Of a stretch of 64,000 nt of DNA, positions 61,357-64,000 are shown piece after piece. The position numbers were made by a program, and so were the translations under genes. Source of the stretch: Gammaproteobacteria bacterium (GTDB lineage: Bacteria; Pseudomonadota; Gammaproteobacteria; UBA6002); contig JACCWJ010000004.1 of the NCBI GenBank assembly GCA_013697705.1, forward strand, positions 107,220 to 171,219, read 5' to 3'. The notes below the pieces were generated by a model that did not search any database, had not been told where the DNA came from, and worked only from the letters and a program-made list of their open reading frames with translations. How positions within the stretch are numbered: position 1 is the stretch's first letter; every line of letters starts with the position of its first letter.

Positions 61357-61550
61357 TCATGGTAGACGACTGATACCTGTTTTTATATTGCCATTATATT
61401 CAAATTCTATCCAGCGATAACCTGGGGTCAAACTATCATTTCCAAGACAGCGGTCAGATTCGCATCAGGTGAGGAGTTTTGTAGTTGCTCCAGAGGATCG
61501 GCGAACAAATGACAATCTGAAATTTGGGCCACACGAAGACTAGTTATCAT
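61357..61550 (-). pseudogene. cpdA: Internally deleted remnant of cAMP phosphodiesterase cpdA
   Basis: N-terminal MITSLRVAQISDCHLFAD...NLTAVLEM ends at TGA 61428. In another frame, C-terminal DSLTPGYRWIEFEYNGNIKTGISRLP* ends at 61357. Sits in the nudF-parE position. Confidence 0.82.
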
Positions 61551-62166
61551 TCCATTCGACATCCAATTTAGGTTTATTAAGTTGCAACCATTGAAGCGCC
61601 ATGATGGTAATCGCATTGTTGATAGCGCCTTTTTCAAGCAAATCAAACGCTTCTTGGGTATCCATTACATGGACGCGGATATCCTCATGCTCTTCCTTTA
61701 AGCCATGAATGCCGCCTGCCTGAGAAGCATCCACCTTGGCGCAAAACATGCTAAGGTATTCATTGCTCCCTCCCGGACTCACCCAATACTCATATATTTT
61801 TTTTAAGGCAATCGGATCTAACCCACTCTCTTCCTTAATTTCTCGGCGAATGATGTCTTCAGGATTTCTATCATCTTCATCGGCAAGTCCCGCAACTATT
61901 TCCAATAACCAGGGACATTGTTGAGCCATGGCGCCTATTCTAAATTGCTCTATGAGAACGATTTTATTTAGAAGTGGATCATAGGGAAGTGCAGCTGCTA
62001 TGGGGCGTCGGATACACAACGCACGACCCAGTACCTCGCTCCAGCCGCCTAAAAATAAGCGATGTTTGAAATGGTAGGTTCTAACTTTAAAAAATCCCGA
62101 ATAAATTTCCTCTTCGGATATCATCTCAACATCTTTTTGGCTATCAAATTTAGACTTTTGGGCCAT
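61540..62166 (-). CDS. nudF: ADP-ribose pyrophosphatase NudF
   Basis: LIEQFRIG, Nudix box AGLADEDDRNPEDIIRREIKEESG, SPGG, EHEDIRVHV. Confidence 0.9.
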   Translation of the reverse strand: MAQKSKFDSQKDVEMISEEEIYSGFFKVRTYHFKHRLFLGGWSEVLGRALCIRRPIAAALPYDPLLNKIVLIEQFRIGAMAQQCPWLLEIVAGLADEDDRNPEDIIRREIKEESGLDPIALKKIYEYWVSPGGSNEYLSMFCAKVDASQAGGIHGLKEEHEDIRVHVMDTQEAFDLLEKGAINNAITIMALQWLQLNKPKLDVEWNDN

Positions 62167-62331
62167 GTTCCACCTTTGTTTATAGAGAGGGTTTAGCTTA
62201 GCAGGTAAAGTTTAGATCAAATATTTTTAATTTGTCTTTAAGTTGTTACAATCACCTCCGAATCATTTATATAGTAACTACTCAAAGCGCTTAGAGAAAT
62301 AGCAGGACGCGAAGTTAATAAAGAGAACGCA

Positions 62332-63027
62332 ATGGCAAAGGATGGTTTCCTCCAGTTATCGATCAATGGTCCCAAAGGCCATGAAAAGGCCCGGACTAAT
62401 ATGCTCAAACAGCAAATTCGGACGTGGGATGTATTAAATGATAAGATCTTAGGTCTCTTCATTACTGTACCTCGTGAGGAATTTGTACCCGTCAAATACA
62501 AATCACTCGCCTTCGCAGACCTAGCAATTCCGTTAGGGCATGGGCAGAGTATGATGCCTCCTCGTGAAGAAGCGCGAATTCTGCAAGAACTAAAAATAAC
62601 CCCGGCAGATAAAATTTTACTCTTAGGCATAGATAGCGGTTTTATGCTGACCTTGCTTACGAAACTGGGTAAACATGTATATTATTTGGATAATGACTTT
62701 GACTCGCTCGACAATGTCAAAAATAAGATTGAAAAGTATAAAATAACCAACGTCACGCCCTTAGTAGGGGGAATCTATCAGGGATGGCAAGATTATTATC
62801 CTTTTGATGTTATCCTGTGCACCGGATCACTCCCTGATATTCCTCAAGTTTTAAAGAATGCACTTAACATTCAGGGCAGACTCTTTGCTGTTATAGGCAA
62901 CACTCCCGCAATGGAGGCAATGATTATCCGGCGAGTCTCGAAAACTAATTGGGATGAAACAACAATATTTGAAACAGAGCGACCCCGAATATTAGATGTA
63001 AAAGAACCTGAAACGTTCACATTTTAG
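62332..63027 (+). CDS. Protein-L-isoaspartate O-methyltransferase-like protein (degenerate SAM motif)
   Basis: ARTNMLKQQIRTWDV, PREEFVP, GHGQSMMPP, PFDVILCTGS, GRLFAVIG; upstream of tolC. Exact start is uncertain. Confidence 0.82.
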   Translation: MAKDGFLQLSINGPKGHEKARTNMLKQQIRTWDVLNDKILGLFITVPREEFVPVKYKSLAFADLAIPLGHGQSMMPPREEARILQELKITPADKILLLGIDSGFMLTLLTKLGKHVYYLDNDFDSLDNVKNKIEKYKITNVTPLVGGIYQGWQDYYPFDVILCTGSLPDIPQVLKNALNIQGRLFAVIGNTPAMEAMIIRRVSKTNWDETTIFETERPRILDVKEPETFTF

Positions 63028-63050
63028 AACCAAGGAAGAGTTCATAGTTT

Positions 63051-64000
63051 ATGAAAAAAATAATTTCTTGCCTGATTACCTTGTTAGCAGTGTGGTCTCA
63101 AACATTACTCGCTGCTGACTTACTCGAGATATATTGTGAGGCAGTAAAATGCGATCCTAAATTTAATGGGGCCTATGCGGAATTACTAGCGAATAGAGAA
63201 AATCTCCCCATCAACCGTTCTGCGCTATTGCCCCGCCTTGATATTCACGGGGATGCTGAACGTCAAAGAGTAAGAATCGATGGAATTAACTTTACGAACT
63301 TCCAATCCACAGGAATCTTCATCCCCATCGCAGATACCAATACTTTTTATAATAACCATGTTTTTTATTCTTTAAAATTAACTCAACCTGTCTTTAACTA
63401 CAAAAATTGGTCGAAGGTTCAGCAAGCAAAGGCCACCGTCAAGCAAGCAGAGGCTGCTTTTTGTGCCTCTGCGCAAGACTTAATGGTGAGAGTGGTTAGA
63501 GCCTATTTCGATGTAATGATTGCGGATGCTAACTTGTTTTATACAAGGGAGAATAAAAAAGCTGTGGCGGAACAGCTTAGGCAAAGCAAAGAAACTTTTA
63601 GAGTTGGCGTAATCCCTATTACCAATGTTTATGAAGCCCAGGCGCGATTCGATTTGGTTATCGCTCAAGAAGTCACGGAGCGCTATGAGCTAGCCGCGAG
63701 AATCGAGATTTTGCGCACCATCACCAATCATTTATATTGTAACTTAAAAGGTTTGAGTGGTTTCCTACCTCTAGTCACGCCTCAGCCAGCTAATATTACA
63801 GATTGGGTTTGCATATCGGAAAAACAAAATTATCAATTACTGGCTGCTCACTTTGCCACTCTGGCGGCTCAGCAAAATATTAAAATCCAAGCGGGAGATC
63901 AGTTGCCCGTAGTAAATACCTTTGGTCAATTCATCTATAGCTACGATAGTAATATCCAAGGCAGTGGTGTATTACTACGCCAACAAATTGCACAAGGTGG
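63051..64000 (+). CDS. tolC: TolC-family outer membrane channel, truncated by window end
   Basis: Manual translation is open to the edge: signal peptide, AADLLEIY, LLPRL, LTQPVFNYKNW, RVVRAYFDV, VYEAQARFD. Confidence 0.9.
   Translation, partial: MKKIISCLITLLAVWSQTLLAADLLEIYCEAVKCDPKFNGAYAELLANRENLPINRSALLPRLDIHGDAERQRVRIDGINFTNFQSTGIFIPIADTNTFYNNHVFYSLKLTQPVFNYKNWSKVQQAKATVKQAEAAFCASAQDLMVRVVRAYFDVMIADANLFYTRENKKAVAEQLRQSKETFRVGVIPITNVYEAQARFDLVIAQEVTERYELAARIEILRTITNHLYCNLKGLSGFLPLVTPQPANITDWVCISEKQNYQLLAAHFATLAAQQNIKIQAGDQLPVVNTFGQFIYSYDSNIQGSGVLLRQQIAQG

Noticed and set aside
292-63668. Numerous 60-150 aa ORFs nested in or antisense to the called genes (e.g. 1958-2332, 32215-32586, 34502-34903, 48512-48970, 62238-62630)
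   Set aside because: They overlap well-supported genes, lack motifs, and read like shadow frames.

Overview
Compact, AT-rich core-genome segment of a gammaproteobacterium. Gene content and order suggest a Legionellales/Coxiellaceae-like lineage (inference from recalled synteny, not a database match). The window holds about 65 genes. These include a peptide-type ABC transporter split by an ACP-fatty acyl-AMP ligase-acyltransferase fusion gene; ychF-pth-rplY-prs-ispE-lolB with tRNA-Met and tRNA-Gln; hemA-prfA-prmC-rdgB; argS-SPOR-hslVU; dprA-smg-topA-purE-tsaC-hemF; def-fmt-gmhB; a heme A/cytochrome oxidase assembly cluster without structural subunits; tatABC; cca, psd, efp-epmA, parC, parE; an osmoprotectant ABC transporter; a glutathione locus; and pcm-like-tolC. 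I saw no rRNA, CRISPR array, integrase or transposase. The most unusual items are: the three-domain lipid-acylation fusion; a four-copy MITE/RPE-like palindromic repeat family, with one nested insertion and one copy supplying a stop codon; an orphan CI-like regulator whose protease dyad is replaced, facing a small divergent ORF; ispE reading into tRNA-Gln; and an internally deleted cpdA remnant.
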